Positions 9,237-18,322 of a DNA stretch of 64,000 nt are shown here, piece after piece. The notes beneath the pieces are model-generated. The model did not search any database and had not been told where the DNA came from. It saw only the letters and a list, made by a program, of their open reading frames with translations. The translations under genes and the position numbers were made by a program. Position 1 is the first letter of the stretch; each line of letters starts with the position of its first letter. Source of the DNA: Arenicellales bacterium (GTDB taxonomy: Bacteria > Pseudomonadota > Gammaproteobacteria > Arenicellales > Poriferihabitantaceae); contig OY730442.1 in NCBI GenBank assembly GCA_963422685.1, positions 1,991,847-2,055,846 on the forward strand. The letters run 5' to 3'.

Positions 9237-10292
9237 ATGACTACGACAAACCCCACCCACAACTACACCCGAAGTATCCTGCTGCAAATAATTTTGGTAA
9301 TAGCGCTGCTTGCCATTGTTACTCTCTGGCAATGGGATATCGTGCACCAGATATATGTTGCCAATCAGGTCAATACCGTTGGATGGGCAGTAAATGGTGG
9401 AATTGCGTTGCTGTTTGTCTGCGGTCTGATTCAGTTAGTAAAGCGATTTTTCGAGTATCGAAACCAGGAGCAGGCGATAAATCGATTCAAGGCCAATGTA
9501 AAAGATAACCGGGAACCCTTGCTCGGCATACGTCAGGATGACATGGTAGCGGAACGATTTCTGACCTTGAAGTCTTTGAATCGACGCCGTGCCAGTATTG
9601 ACCAAAGTGCCCTTGCCGCGACATTGCTGGCATCCGAATCAAGCAGAAATAGCTTCCTGAAATTTGTGCACAACGTTTTAATTCTCACTGGTGTATTTGG
9701 CACCATTATCTCGCTGTCTATTTCGTTGCTGGGTGCATCGGATATTCTGCAAAGCGGTGGGCAGGCCGGCAGTTTGCTGGGAGAACGGGAAGCCGCACAG
9801 GCGACCGGGCTGGGCACCATGATTTATGGGATGTCCACTGCCTTGTCTACCACGCTTACCGCAATCATCGCCTACCTGTTCTTTGGCTATTTCTACATAA
9901 AGCTGACCGACACCCAGACTTTTCTGATCAGTAAAATTGAAGAAGTGACTGCAACAACATTAATGCCGCATTTACAATTAAATCAGGATACAGTGATCAG
10001 GGATTATTCCGAAAGTATACGTGCAGCAAACGAGTTAATTCAGAAGCTGGAACAATCACAACAGAAGTATACAGATTCGGCAGGCATGCTGGAGTCAGCC
10101 ACGCAGAAACTGGCGGATAAAGTGACCTCCTGGCATGACAAACCCAATGTAAACGAGGAATTACTGGCGTTGATGAGCGAAGTTGTCGAACGGCATCAAC
10201 ACACTTCCCGGCAACATGCTGAAAGCATGGACAAGGTTGTCGGCTTGTTAAAACGAGGCTTCCGTTTGCGCAACGGAAACGACCAGACTTAA
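9237..10292 (+). CDS. MotA/ExbB/TolQ-like proton-channel family membrane protein with a roughly 125-aa helical C-terminal tail
   Basis: The 351-aa protein has four hydrophobic helices (about aa 14-31, 49-68, 143-166, 194-221). There is a roughly 75-aa loop between TM2 and TM3. The TM3/TM4 pair (LTGVFGTIISLSISLLG ... GLGTMIYGMSTALSTTLTAIIAYLFFGYF) resembles the MotA_ExbB channel core. Its stop TAA directly abuts the ATG of the MotB-like gene. Confidence 0.7.
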   Translation: MTTTNPTHNYTRSILLQIILVIALLAIVTLWQWDIVHQIYVANQVNTVGWAVNGGIALLFVCGLIQLVKRFFEYRNQEQAINRFKANVKDNREPLLGIRQDDMVAERFLTLKSLNRRRASIDQSALAATLLASESSRNSFLKFVHNVLILTGVFGTIISLSISLLGASDILQSGGQAGSLLGEREAAQATGLGTMIYGMSTALSTTLTAIIAYLFFGYFYIKLTDTQTFLISKIEEVTATTLMPHLQLNQDTVIRDYSESIRAANELIQKLEQSQQKYTDSAGMLESATQKLADKVTSWHDKPNVNEELLALMSEVVERHQHTSRQHAESMDKVVGLLKRGFRLRNGNDQT

Positions 10293-12173
10293 ATGCCGGG
10301 TTCCAACGGATTCATTGATCTTAGAGTCGGTCGCGGCGCTGGCGGCGTCGGCGATGACAGTATATGGCCGTCATTTACCGACATTATGACTGTGATCGTC
10401 ATGATTTTTCTAATGGCGCTGGTAGTAATTATGGTGCGCAATTTTGAGCTTGACCGAAAATTGTTGTCAACCATCACCGCCAAGGAAGCGACCACATTGG
10501 CAAATCAGGATCTGCTAACCCGGTTGTCAGGGGTGGAAGGTTTATTGGGGGAGACACAGCTTCAGCGGGATGCATTACAAGTTACCCTGGGCGAGGAACT
10601 GGAACGGCTGGCGGCATTGACAGCGGATCAGGAGGAGTTGCAGGGAGAGCTTGCGACCCTGGTTGCGAAGCGTCAGCAGCTGGAGCGGGACAATGCCCGG
10701 CTGCGGCAGCAGCAGCAGGATGCGTTGGCGGAGATTGGCAAGTTGACGGATAGCGAGCGTTCGTTGAATCAGCAGATTGCAGTATTGAGTGAGCAGTTGG
10801 CCACGCTGGAGATGGAATCCACCGAGACCATAGAGTCGCTCAGCACGGATAAGCGTTCGCTGAATGAAAAGCTGGATGCGGTGTTGGCCCGGTTGTCAGG
10901 GGTGGAAGGTTTATTGGGGGAGACACAGCTTCAGCGGGATGCATTACAAGTTACCCTGGGCGAGGAACTGGAACGGCTGGCGGCATTGACAGCGGATCAG
11001 GAGGAGTTGCAGGGAGAGCTTGCGACCCTGGTTGCGAAGCGTCAGCAGCTGGAGCGGGACAATGCCCGGCTGCGGCAGCAGCAGCAGGATGCGTTGGCGG
11101 AGATTGGCAAGTTGACGGATAGCGAGCGTTCGTTGAATCAGCAGATTGCAGTATTGAGTGAGCAGTTGGCCACGCTGGAGATGGAATCCACCGAGACCAT
11201 AGAGTCGCTCAGCACGGATAAGCGTTCGCTGAATGAAAAGCTGGATGCGGTGTTGGCCCGGTTGTCAGGGGTGGAAGGTTTATTGGGGGAGACACAGCTT
11301 CAGCGGGATGCATTACAAGTTACCCTGGGCGAGGAACTGGAACGGCTGGCGGCATTGACAGCGGATCAGGAGGAGTTGCAGGGAGAGCTTGCGACCCTGG
11401 TTGCGAAGCGTCAGCAGCTGGAGCGGGACAATGCCCGGCTGCGGCAGCAGCAGCAGGATGCGTTGGCGGAGATTGGCAAGTTGACGGATAGCGAGCGTTC
11501 GTTGAATCAGCAGATTGCAGTATTGAGTGAGCAGTTGGCCACGCTGGAGATGGAATCCACCGAGACCATAGAGTCGCTCAGCACGGATAAGCGTTCGCTG
11601 AATGAAAAGCTGGATGCGGTAGCAGGTCAGCTTGCGGAAGTAAAGATATTACTCCAGCAATCTCGAAGCGAAAATCAGTCGTTGACTGAGGAAGTCATTG
11701 AGTTGGGTGGATCGAAGCAGCAGGTTGAACAACGATACAGCATTGCCGGCGATGAAATTCTCGCCCTCAAGGAGCTGGTCCGGTTGCGCGAATCAGAAAA
11801 CGCTGCATTGCAGATTCAGGCACGATCGTCGGTAAATCAATACCGTTCGCTCAAGGACGAGTATGAATTGCTGGATACGAAATACCGCGAGTTAATCAGG
11901 CCGGCGAGAAGTACAGCGGGGAAGTATGTAGTCGAAGTCTGGGTGGAAAAGATCAATTCGAAAATAAGGTATAAATTGAAACAACCGGATGAAGATGTGC
12001 CGCAGGCGGTGCAAAAGTCTCAAATGGAGCAGAAATTACAGGAGTTGAAAGAACGCTTTGGAAGCAGGCTTTATACCAGAATCGTGATTCCGCAAACCAA
12101 CCAGCTATCCCACAATGAGGCCTGGAATTTTACTCAGGAGATTCTGCAGAAATACGATTATTACCACCAGTAA
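10293..12173 (+). CDS. MotB-like single-pass protein with a giant repeat-built coiled coil and a small C-terminal globular domain
   Basis: The N-terminus SIWPSFTDIMTVIVMIFLMALVVIMV matches the MotB plug/TM pattern (W..[FY].D.MT.[hydrophobic run]). The invariant-type Asp is at aa 30 (codon 10380-10382). Residues about 77-443 are three identical 123-aa Leu/Glu/Gln/Arg-rich repeats, and further coiled-coil-like sequence runs to about aa 520. The last roughly 105 aa look like a degenerate beta-alpha-beta OmpA-like fold (inference). Confidence 0.7.
   Translation: MPGSNGFIDLRVGRGAGGVGDDSIWPSFTDIMTVIVMIFLMALVVIMVRNFELDRKLLSTITAKEATTLANQDLLTRLSGVEGLLGETQLQRDALQVTLGEELERLAALTADQEELQGELATLVAKRQQLERDNARLRQQQQDALAEIGKLTDSERSLNQQIAVLSEQLATLEMESTETIESLSTDKRSLNEKLDAVLARLSGVEGLLGETQLQRDALQVTLGEELERLAALTADQEELQGELATLVAKRQQLERDNARLRQQQQDALAEIGKLTDSERSLNQQIAVLSEQLATLEMESTETIESLSTDKRSLNEKLDAVLARLSGVEGLLGETQLQRDALQVTLGEELERLAALTADQEELQGELATLVAKRQQLERDNARLRQQQQDALAEIGKLTDSERSLNQQIAVLSEQLATLEMESTETIESLSTDKRSLNEKLDAVAGQLAEVKILLQQSRSENQSLTEEVIELGGSKQQVEQRYSIAGDEILALKELVRLRESENAALQIQARSSVNQYRSLKDEYELLDTKYRELIRPARSTAGKYVVEVWVEKINSKIRYKLKQPDEDVPQAVQKSQMEQKLQELKERFGSRLYTRIVIPQTNQLSHNEAWNFTQEILQKYDYYHQ
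10519..11620. repeat. Three head-to-tail copies of a 369-bp repeat, nucleotide-identical by eye, inside the MotB-like gene
   Basis: The string cccggttgtcaggggtggaagg recurs at 10519, 10888 and 11257, a period of 369 bp or 123 codons. All lines I compared between copies are identical. Identity ends after ...gctggatgcggt at 11620. Confidence 0.95.
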
Positions 12174-12203
12174 ATTTATCGACAAATTATTGTCATTGAC
12201 CAG

Positions 12204-14084
12204 ATGAAATACTCCGATTCGTTCGATATCATCGTTATTGGCGGTGGTCATGCTGGCGTAGAAGCGGCGCTGGCCTGCGCACGGATGCAGTGTAAAACCC
12301 TGTTGGTCACCCATAATATCGAAACCATCGGTCAGATGTCCTGCAATCCGGCCATAGGCGGCATCGGCAAGGGGCACATTGTCAAAGAGATTGATGCCAT
12401 GGGCGGGGTCATGGCCTGCGCAATAGACGCTGCGGGTATCCATTTTCGGATTTTGAATGCCCGCAAAGGCGCGGCGGTTCAGGCCACCCGCGCCCAGGCT
12501 GATCGTGGGTTGTACAAAATGGCGGTCCGCAGCGCAGTGGAACACCAGCGAAACCTGGCTGTATTTCAACAATCTGTGGATGACCTGATTGTTGAGGGGG
12601 ATGTGGTCAAAGGCGTGCGCACCCAACTGGGCATTGAATTTGAATCTACGGCGGTGGTGTTGACAACCGGGACGTTTTTGAACGGAAAGATTCACGTTGG
12701 CATGGATCATTCCAAAGGAGGTCGGGCCGGGGATCCGCCTTCGCTTGCCCTGGCCGATCGATTGCGGCAGTTACCATTAAAAGTTGGCCGACTGAAAACC
12801 GGGACCCCGCCGCGTATTGATGGCAAGTCCATCGACTATACTGGTCTCGAACAGCAGCCGGGTGATGATCCGGTTCCCGTGTTTTCCTTTCTGGGGGATG
12901 CGTCCCGGCACCCAAAACAAATTCCCTGCCACATTACCCATACCAATCCCACAACCCATGAAATCATCAGCGGCGCTTTGGATCGTTCGCCGCTGTATGG
13001 CGGCGCCATTGACTCAGTGGGGCCGCGTTATTGCCCATCAATTGAAGACAAGGTGGTGCGATTCGCTGCACAAAGCAGCCATCAGATTTTTATTGAGCCG
13101 GAAGGCCTGAATACCACCGAAGTGTATCCCAATGGTATTTCAACAAGTTTACCATTTGATGTGCAACTGGATTTTCTGAGATCAATTAAAGGATTCGGGA
13201 ATGCGCTGATTACCCGACCTGGATATGCCATTGAATACGATTTTTTTGACCCGCGAGGATTAAAAAATTCATTGGAAACCAAATCTATCCAGGGATTGTT
13301 TTTCGCAGGACAAATAAATGGAACCACAGGCTATGAGGAAGCAGCCGGTCAGGGGTTAATCGCGGGTTTAAATGCGGCGTTGAAAATCCAACAGCGCGAG
13401 CCGTGGTGCCCGGCCAGAAACGAAGCCTATATAGGCGTGATGATCGATGATCTGGTTACCCATGGCACCGCAGAGCCGTATCGAATGTTCACCTCTCGCG
13501 CCGAGTATCGATTGCAGCTTCGAGAAGACAATGCCGATTTGAGATTGACCGCAAAGGGCCGCCAACTGGGTCTGGTTGGCGACCAGCGGATGGCGGTATT
13601 TGAGCGCAAACGCAGCGAGATAGAAAAGGAAAAGGCCCGATTGGAAAAAATCTGGATTCACCCGGATAAAACAGACACGGATTTGATTGAGAAAATGCTT
13701 GGTCAGGAATTGCAGCGCGAGGCCAGTTTGATGGACTTGCTGCGGCGTCCTGAAGTCACCTATCAGGATTTGGTGAAATTGGCCCAACTGGATTCCCCAC
13801 TGGAAAATCCGCAAAGTATTCGACAACTTGAAATTCAGGCCAGATACAGTGGATATATTGAACGCCAAATGGCCGAGGTCGAGCGGCAAAAGAAAAGTGA
13901 CGATGTGGTTTTGCCGGACAGCATGGACTATGGTTCGGTTCATGGTCTGTCTACAGAAGTACGGCAAAAATTCAGCCTGACACGTCCGCAAACCATAGGT
14001 CAGGCAACACGCATCCCCGGAGTGACGCCTGCGGCAATCTCGCTGCTGCTGGTTCATCTGAAGAAAATCCGGCGAGCGGCATAA
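12204..14084 (+). CDS. mnmG: tRNA uridine 5-carboxymethylaminomethyl modification enzyme MnmG (GidA)
   Basis: The 626-aa protein has the FAD motif [23 protein letters not shown] and [23 protein letters not shown], and looks like a full-length GidA-family protein. Confidence 0.95.
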   Translation: MKYSDSFDIIVIGGGHAGVEAALACARMQCKTLLVTHNIETIGQMSCNPAIGGIGKGHIVKEIDAMGGVMACAIDAAGIHFRILNARKGAAVQATRAQADRGLYKMAVRSAVEHQRNLAVFQQSVDDLIVEGDVVKGVRTQLGIEFESTAVVLTTGTFLNGKIHVGMDHSKGGRAGDPPSLALADRLRQLPLKVGRLKTGTPPRIDGKSIDYTGLEQQPGDDPVPVFSFLGDASRHPKQIPCHITHTNPTTHEIISGALDRSPLYGGAIDSVGPRYCPSIEDKVVRFAAQSSHQIFIEPEGLNTTEVYPNGISTSLPFDVQLDFLRSIKGFGNALITRPGYAIEYDFFDPRGLKNSLETKSIQGLFFAGQINGTTGYEEAAGQGLIAGLNAALKIQQREPWCPARNEAYIGVMIDDLVTHGTAEPYRMFTSRAEYRLQLREDNADLRLTAKGRQLGLVGDQRMAVFERKRSEIEKEKARLEKIWIHPDKTDTDLIEKMLGQELQREASLMDLLRRPEVTYQDLVKLAQLDSPLENPQSIRQLEIQARYSGYIERQMAEVERQKKSDDVVLPDSMDYGSVHGLSTEVRQKFSLTRPQTIGQATRIPGVTPAAISLLLVHLKKIRRAA

Positions 14085-14143
14085 CCATTATTTCGGGTTT
14101 GGAATAGACCGCACTGGAACTTTTGCCGGATAACGCCGCGGTT

Positions 14144-15496
14144 TCACCTCAGCGTGACCAGTTCCTCCGCAGCGGTGGGATGCACCGCCACCGTATTATC
14201 AAAATCCTGCTTGGTCGCACCCATTTTTATCGCCACTGCAAACCCCTGTATCATTTCATCAGCGCTGTCGCCAACAATGTGGCAGCCAACGATTTTTTCT
14301 GAGGCGCCGGCCGCGACCAGTTTGACCATGGTAAGTGACTTGTGCTCGCTCACGGCGTAGCGCATATTGATGAATTGGCTTTTGTAAATTTTAATCCGGG
14401 CGTCGCCGTATTGCTTCTTGGCATCGACTTCGGATAGTCCGATGGTGCCTGCTGGCGGGTGTGAAAATATCACGGTGGGGATGTTATTGTAGTCCAGTCT
14501 GGCCTCTGGTTCATGGTTGAATAATCGCCGGGAGAGTTTGCGTCCTGCCGCAATAGCAACTGGCGTGAGTTGCGCACCAGGAGTGACATCGCCCACGGCA
14601 TAAATACCACTGGCGGAAGTATTTTGAAATTCATCCGTATCAATCTGACCTCGATCGTTGGTTTTTACTCCGGTGACTTCCAGGTTCAGATGGGCAATAT
14701 TGGGGTATCGCCCGATGGCCCAGATAATACAATCGAAGCCGCCGGATTTATTACCGTCGCTGTCCGTATAGCCAAGACGGCCGTCAGAGTGCTTTAGCAG
14801 TGAATCCAGCGCGATATTTGTCATAATATTAATTCCGCTGTTTTGCATTTGCTGCATGACGAGCTCATGGATATCATGATCGAAACTTCTGAGCAGCCGG
14901 TCCTTTCTCAATAGCATGGAGACTTCGCTATTGAGCCCGTGCAACAGCCCGGCCAGTTCCGTTGCTATATAGCCGGCGCCAATAACCAGAACTCTCTTCG
15001 GTTGCGCTTTTAGCTGGAAAAACCCATTACTGGTAATGCCGAGGTTCGCACCGGCAATATCGGGAACGACTGGCTGCCCGCCGGTGGCAATGAGAATGTG
15101 ACCTGCCTGGTATGGGTCACCATTCACTTCGATGCAGTTTTTGGCGCGGAACCGGGCCACACCGCGCACCAGGGTGACGCCGGATTTTTCGAGGTTAGTC
15201 TGGTAAATTTTGTTTAAACGGGAAATATATCCATCACGTGATTGCTGGATGGTTGACCAGTTGAATCCCTGCCCTTGGATTTGCCAGCCATAGTCCTTTG
15301 CCAATGCCAGAGTTTCGTTAATTTGTGCGGTGAGCCACATCACTTTTTTTGGAACACAGCCCACATTGACGCAGGTTCCGCCGAGCGGCCCGGATTCAAC
15401 AATCAGAACCTTTGCACCATATTCTGCGGCGCGCCTGGCGGAGGCAATGCCGCCGCTTCCGCCGCCAATCACGATAAAATCGAATTTACTGATCAT
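14144..15496 (-). CDS. gor: Glutathione-disulfide reductase
   Basis: The 450-aa protein has FDFIVIGGGSGGIASARRAAEYGAKV, the redox-active GGTCVNVGCVPKK motif, and the C-terminal HPTAAEE dimer-interface His-Glu motif. Confidence 0.9.
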   Translation of the reverse strand: MISKFDFIVIGGGSGGIASARRAAEYGAKVLIVESGPLGGTCVNVGCVPKKVMWLTAQINETLALAKDYGWQIQGQGFNWSTIQQSRDGYISRLNKIYQTNLEKSGVTLVRGVARFRAKNCIEVNGDPYQAGHILIATGGQPVVPDIAGANLGITSNGFFQLKAQPKRVLVIGAGYIATELAGLLHGLNSEVSMLLRKDRLLRSFDHDIHELVMQQMQNSGINIMTNIALDSLLKHSDGRLGYTDSDGNKSGGFDCIIWAIGRYPNIAHLNLEVTGVKTNDRGQIDTDEFQNTSASGIYAVGDVTPGAQLTPVAIAAGRKLSRRLFNHEPEARLDYNNIPTVIFSHPPAGTIGLSEVDAKKQYGDARIKIYKSQFINMRYAVSEHKSLTMVKLVAAGASEKIVGCHIVGDSADEMIQGFAVAIKMGATKQDFDNTVAVHPTAAEELVTLR

Positions 15497-15944
15497 AAAA
15501 CTGTGCCCGATAATTTAGCCTGAAAACTGGAAAGTAATAACTCGTTGCCGGATTATGCGTCCGACTGGTAACAAAACAAAGATTTGTTTGACAAACTGCA
15601 ACAGTCAAAATAGCAGCGGCCGACAAGAGCAGTCAGCCGTAGTCTGGAATCGGCCGGAGAAAAATCCGGTTTCAATCCATACTGCCCGTATTGCTCCCCA
15701 ATTAGTACATGTGCGATTTGATTCGCCTGTATCTGGGAAAAGCCTCACCTCCTTTTGCGGGGAAAGATGTGCAAAACAACGCGACTGCACCGCAGGAATT
15801 ACAATCACTTGCAGCTTCGTTTTTGATTGTCGGGGGTGGAATAATCGGTGGTTACAGCAAAAGCGCGATGCCAAAGGGTTATGGAGATTAAGGATATCCA
15901 TTGGACCAGATATTGAGGGAGCGTTTAATAATTGATTGATCAAG

Positions 15945-15966
15945 GAAATTTCGCCGAAATTTCGCG
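15945..15966. promoter_or_regulatory. Tandem 11-bp direct repeat, each copy containing the palindrome GAAATTTC (candidate operator)
   Basis: The sequence gaaatttcgcc gaaatttcgcg lies about 130 bp upstream of the adhC ATG, within the 600-bp gor/adhC divergent intergenic region. No function is known. Confidence 0.3.
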
Positions 15967-16096
15967 GATAGAAAATATTGATTCGGGATGTTAAAGTTGG
16001 TTTTTTATCTGGAGATGATGATGACGATACAAACAACAAATTTACCCGGGACAAAAATCCGTATTCCACCTGGATTAAGGGACAGGGGTTAAGCGT

Positions 16097-17212
16097 ATGG
16101 ACTCAAGAGCAGCGGTGGCCTATGAAGCAGGCAAACCTTTAGAAATTGAAACGGTTCAACTTGACGGCCCCAGGGCCGGTGAAGTACTGGTTGAAATAAA
16201 AGCCACGGGAATTTGTCATACCGATGAATTCACCCGGTCCGGCGCAGACCCGGAAGGGTTGTTTCCGGCGATTCTGGGCCATGAAGGCGCGGGTATTGTG
16301 GTTGAAGTTGGAGAGGATGTCCGCAGTGTAAAAAAAGGCGACCACGTCATTCCTTTATACACACCGGAATGTCGCCAGTGCGACTACTGTATCAGCGGCA
16401 AAACCAACCTGTGCCAGGCGATTCGGGTTACCCAGGGCCAGGGCGTAATGCCCGATGGAGCCAGTCGATTTTCCTTGGGCAGGCAAAAAATTTTCCATTA
16501 CATGGGCACTTCGACTTTTTCCAATTACACCGTGCTTCCAGAAATTGCAGTGGCAAGAATCCGTGAAGACGCACCATTCGACAAGGTATGTTATATCGGT
16601 TGTGGCGTAACCACCGGAATCGGCGCGGTAATCAATACGGCAAAAGTGAGGCCTGGCGATAACGTCGTGGTATTTGGTCTCGGCGGAATTGGTTTGAACG
16701 TGATTCAGGGTGCGAGATTGGCGGGTGCAGATAAAATTGTCGGTGTAGATATCAATCCCAAACGCCAGCGGCTCGCAGAAAAATTCGGCATGACGCACTT
16801 TATCAATCCGCAGCAGATTGAAGATGATCTGGTCGCCAGTATCGTTGACATCACCGGCGGCGGCGCGGACTACAGTTTTGAATGCGTCGGCAATACCGAC
16901 TTGATGCGCCAGGCATTGGAGTGCTGCCATAAAGGCTGGGGCGAAAGCGTCATTATTGGTGTTGCCGGTGCCGGGAAAGAAATCAGCACTCGCCCATTTC
17001 AACTGGTTACTGGCCGGGTTTGGCGTGGAACCGCCTTCGGTGGGGCGAGAGGAAGAACGGATGTGCCGAAAATTGTAGATTGGTATATGGAAGGGAAAAT
17101 AAATATTGATGATTTAATTACCCATACCATGCCACTGGACAAAATTAACCAGGCATTTGATTTGATGCACTCTGGCGATTCCATCCGCAGCGTGGTTTTA
17201 TTCGACTCCTAA
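16097..17212 (+). CDS. adhC: S-(hydroxymethyl)glutathione dehydrogenase / class III alcohol dehydrogenase
   Basis: The 371-aa protein has [32 protein letters not shown] and [15 protein letters not shown], plus the Zn-ADH fold motif GLGGIGL. This is the typical class III ADH N-terminus and length. Confidence 0.9.
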   Translation: MDSRAAVAYEAGKPLEIETVQLDGPRAGEVLVEIKATGICHTDEFTRSGADPEGLFPAILGHEGAGIVVEVGEDVRSVKKGDHVIPLYTPECRQCDYCISGKTNLCQAIRVTQGQGVMPDGASRFSLGRQKIFHYMGTSTFSNYTVLPEIAVARIREDAPFDKVCYIGCGVTTGIGAVINTAKVRPGDNVVVFGLGGIGLNVIQGARLAGADKIVGVDINPKRQRLAEKFGMTHFINPQQIEDDLVASIVDITGGGADYSFECVGNTDLMRQALECCHKGWGESVIIGVAGAGKEISTRPFQLVTGRVWRGTAFGGARGRTDVPKIVDWYMEGKINIDDLITHTMPLDKINQAFDLMHSGDSIRSVVLFDS

Positions 17213-17478
17213 AGCCATAAAAATAAAAGCCCAGGCCCCCGCGCTGTGAATGAGGGAAAGTAGAACGATCCGGGATGCCAGGGAATTTTCCGCTGCATTC
17301 AACCTGGCATTTCGACATGAACGAAACGACTGGGCCATCTTTTTACGCTGCAACCCGGGAATGGCCGTCATCATTGGACTTGTCGTCCACTTTCACTTGA
17401 CCTGATCACACTCTCATCCTGTTTTCAAATCCAGCCTTTTTAAGTCCGATTGATTCTGAACAGGACCAGACTATATCC

Positions 17479-17507
17479 TTGACAGTCATTGACTCCCGTC
17501 ATAGAAT
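17479..17507 (+). promoter_or_regulatory. Candidate sigma70 promoter of the str operon (TTGACA-N17-TAGAAT)
   Basis: A perfect -35 TTGACA lies at 17479-17484 and TAGAAT at 17502-17507 with a 17-nt spacer, about 110 nt upstream of the rpsL ATG. Confidence 0.55.
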
Positions 17508-17615
17508 CGCCGCCCTTGTGCGGGGCGCGACCAGAAATATTCGCTGAATTGCCTGGGTTTGAGCTGGCCCACAGGGTTCTGGAGTCAAGAATACATTAAT
17601 AGTGAAGTTAAGCGA

Positions 17616-17990
17616 ATGCCGACGTTAAACCAACTGGTTCGAAAACCACGACAAAAGCAGGTAAAGAAGACCAATGTTCCTGCATTGCAGGCTTGCCCGC
17701 AAAAACGTGGTGTTTGTACTCGCGTTTATACTACTACTCCGAAGAAACCGAATTCCGCGCTGCGTAAAGTGGCCCGAGTGCGGCTGACCAATGGTTTTGA
17801 AGTGACCACCTACATCGGCGGTGAAGGCCATAACCTTCAGGAGCACTCGGTAGTGCTGTTACGGGGTGGGCGGGTTAAAGATTTACCGGGTGTGCGTTAC
17901 CACACGGTTCGTGGTGCGCTGGACACATCAGGTGTTTCTGATAGACGCCAGGGTCGCTCGAAATACGGTGCAAAGCGACCCAGGTCCTGA
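17616..17990 (+). CDS. rpsL: 30S ribosomal protein S12
   Basis: [52 protein letters not shown] is canonical S12. I moved the start from the ORF-track 17559 to the ATG at 17616. Confidence 0.95.
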   Translation: MPTLNQLVRKPRQKQVKKTNVPALQACPQKRGVCTRVYTTTPKKPNSALRKVARVRLTNGFEVTTYIGGEGHNLQEHSVVLLRGGRVKDLPGVRYHTVRGALDTSGVSDRRQGRSKYGAKRPRS

Positions 17991-18322
17991 TGTCCGATTT
18001 TTTAGAAGAAAATTTTTTAGCACAGGATATTTAACCTGTACATGGGCTGAGTTTAAGCCCCGAGTAGTGAAACCCTGGCAATAATCAAGGGTTTTCCTGC
18101 CAAATCCTAAACTCCCGAGCCTTTGGTTATTCCTGAGGGGGTTGGTTCTTCTGAATGATCAGGAGAGCGTATTTTTATGGAATGATCAGAATTGAAAATT
18201 TGCACCTGTGCGAAAGTTTAGGCGGGATGACTCGCCTCAATTTTCCAGCAGGTTTTTAATGGTTTTATATTTATTTTTTTGATGATAGTACGCCAGTGTA
18301 TTTAGTGAAACAAGATTAAGCG

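Noticed and set aside
10519-11620. The tandem repeats as a CRISPR array or other non-coding satellite
   Set aside because: The repeats are 369 bp, directly abutting with no spacers, and maintain a single open reading frame of a 626-aa protein. They are intragenic coding repeats.
9237-12173. Classifying the MotA/MotB-like pair as a Zorya (ZorAB) anti-phage system
   Set aside because: Zorya needs ZorC/ZorD or ZorE-type effector genes next to ZorAB, and its long coiled-coil tail is on ZorA, the cytoplasmic side. Here no such genes are adjacent and the long coiled coil is on the MotB-like subunit. I therefore keep it as an unclassified stator-like module.
15555-16069. Two listed ORFs (126 aa on the plus strand, 154 aa on the minus strand) in the gor-adhC spacer, and a possible tmRNA, RNase P RNA or 6S RNA there
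   Set aside because: The ORFs overlap each other on opposite strands, lack an RBS, and translate to Ser/Arg/Cys-rich strings that are not protein-like. I could not find the diagnostic motifs of tmRNA (GGTTCGA..TCCACCA end), RNase P RNA (GGAAAGTCCGGGC) or SRP RNA. I left the region as unexplained non-coding DNA (see findings).
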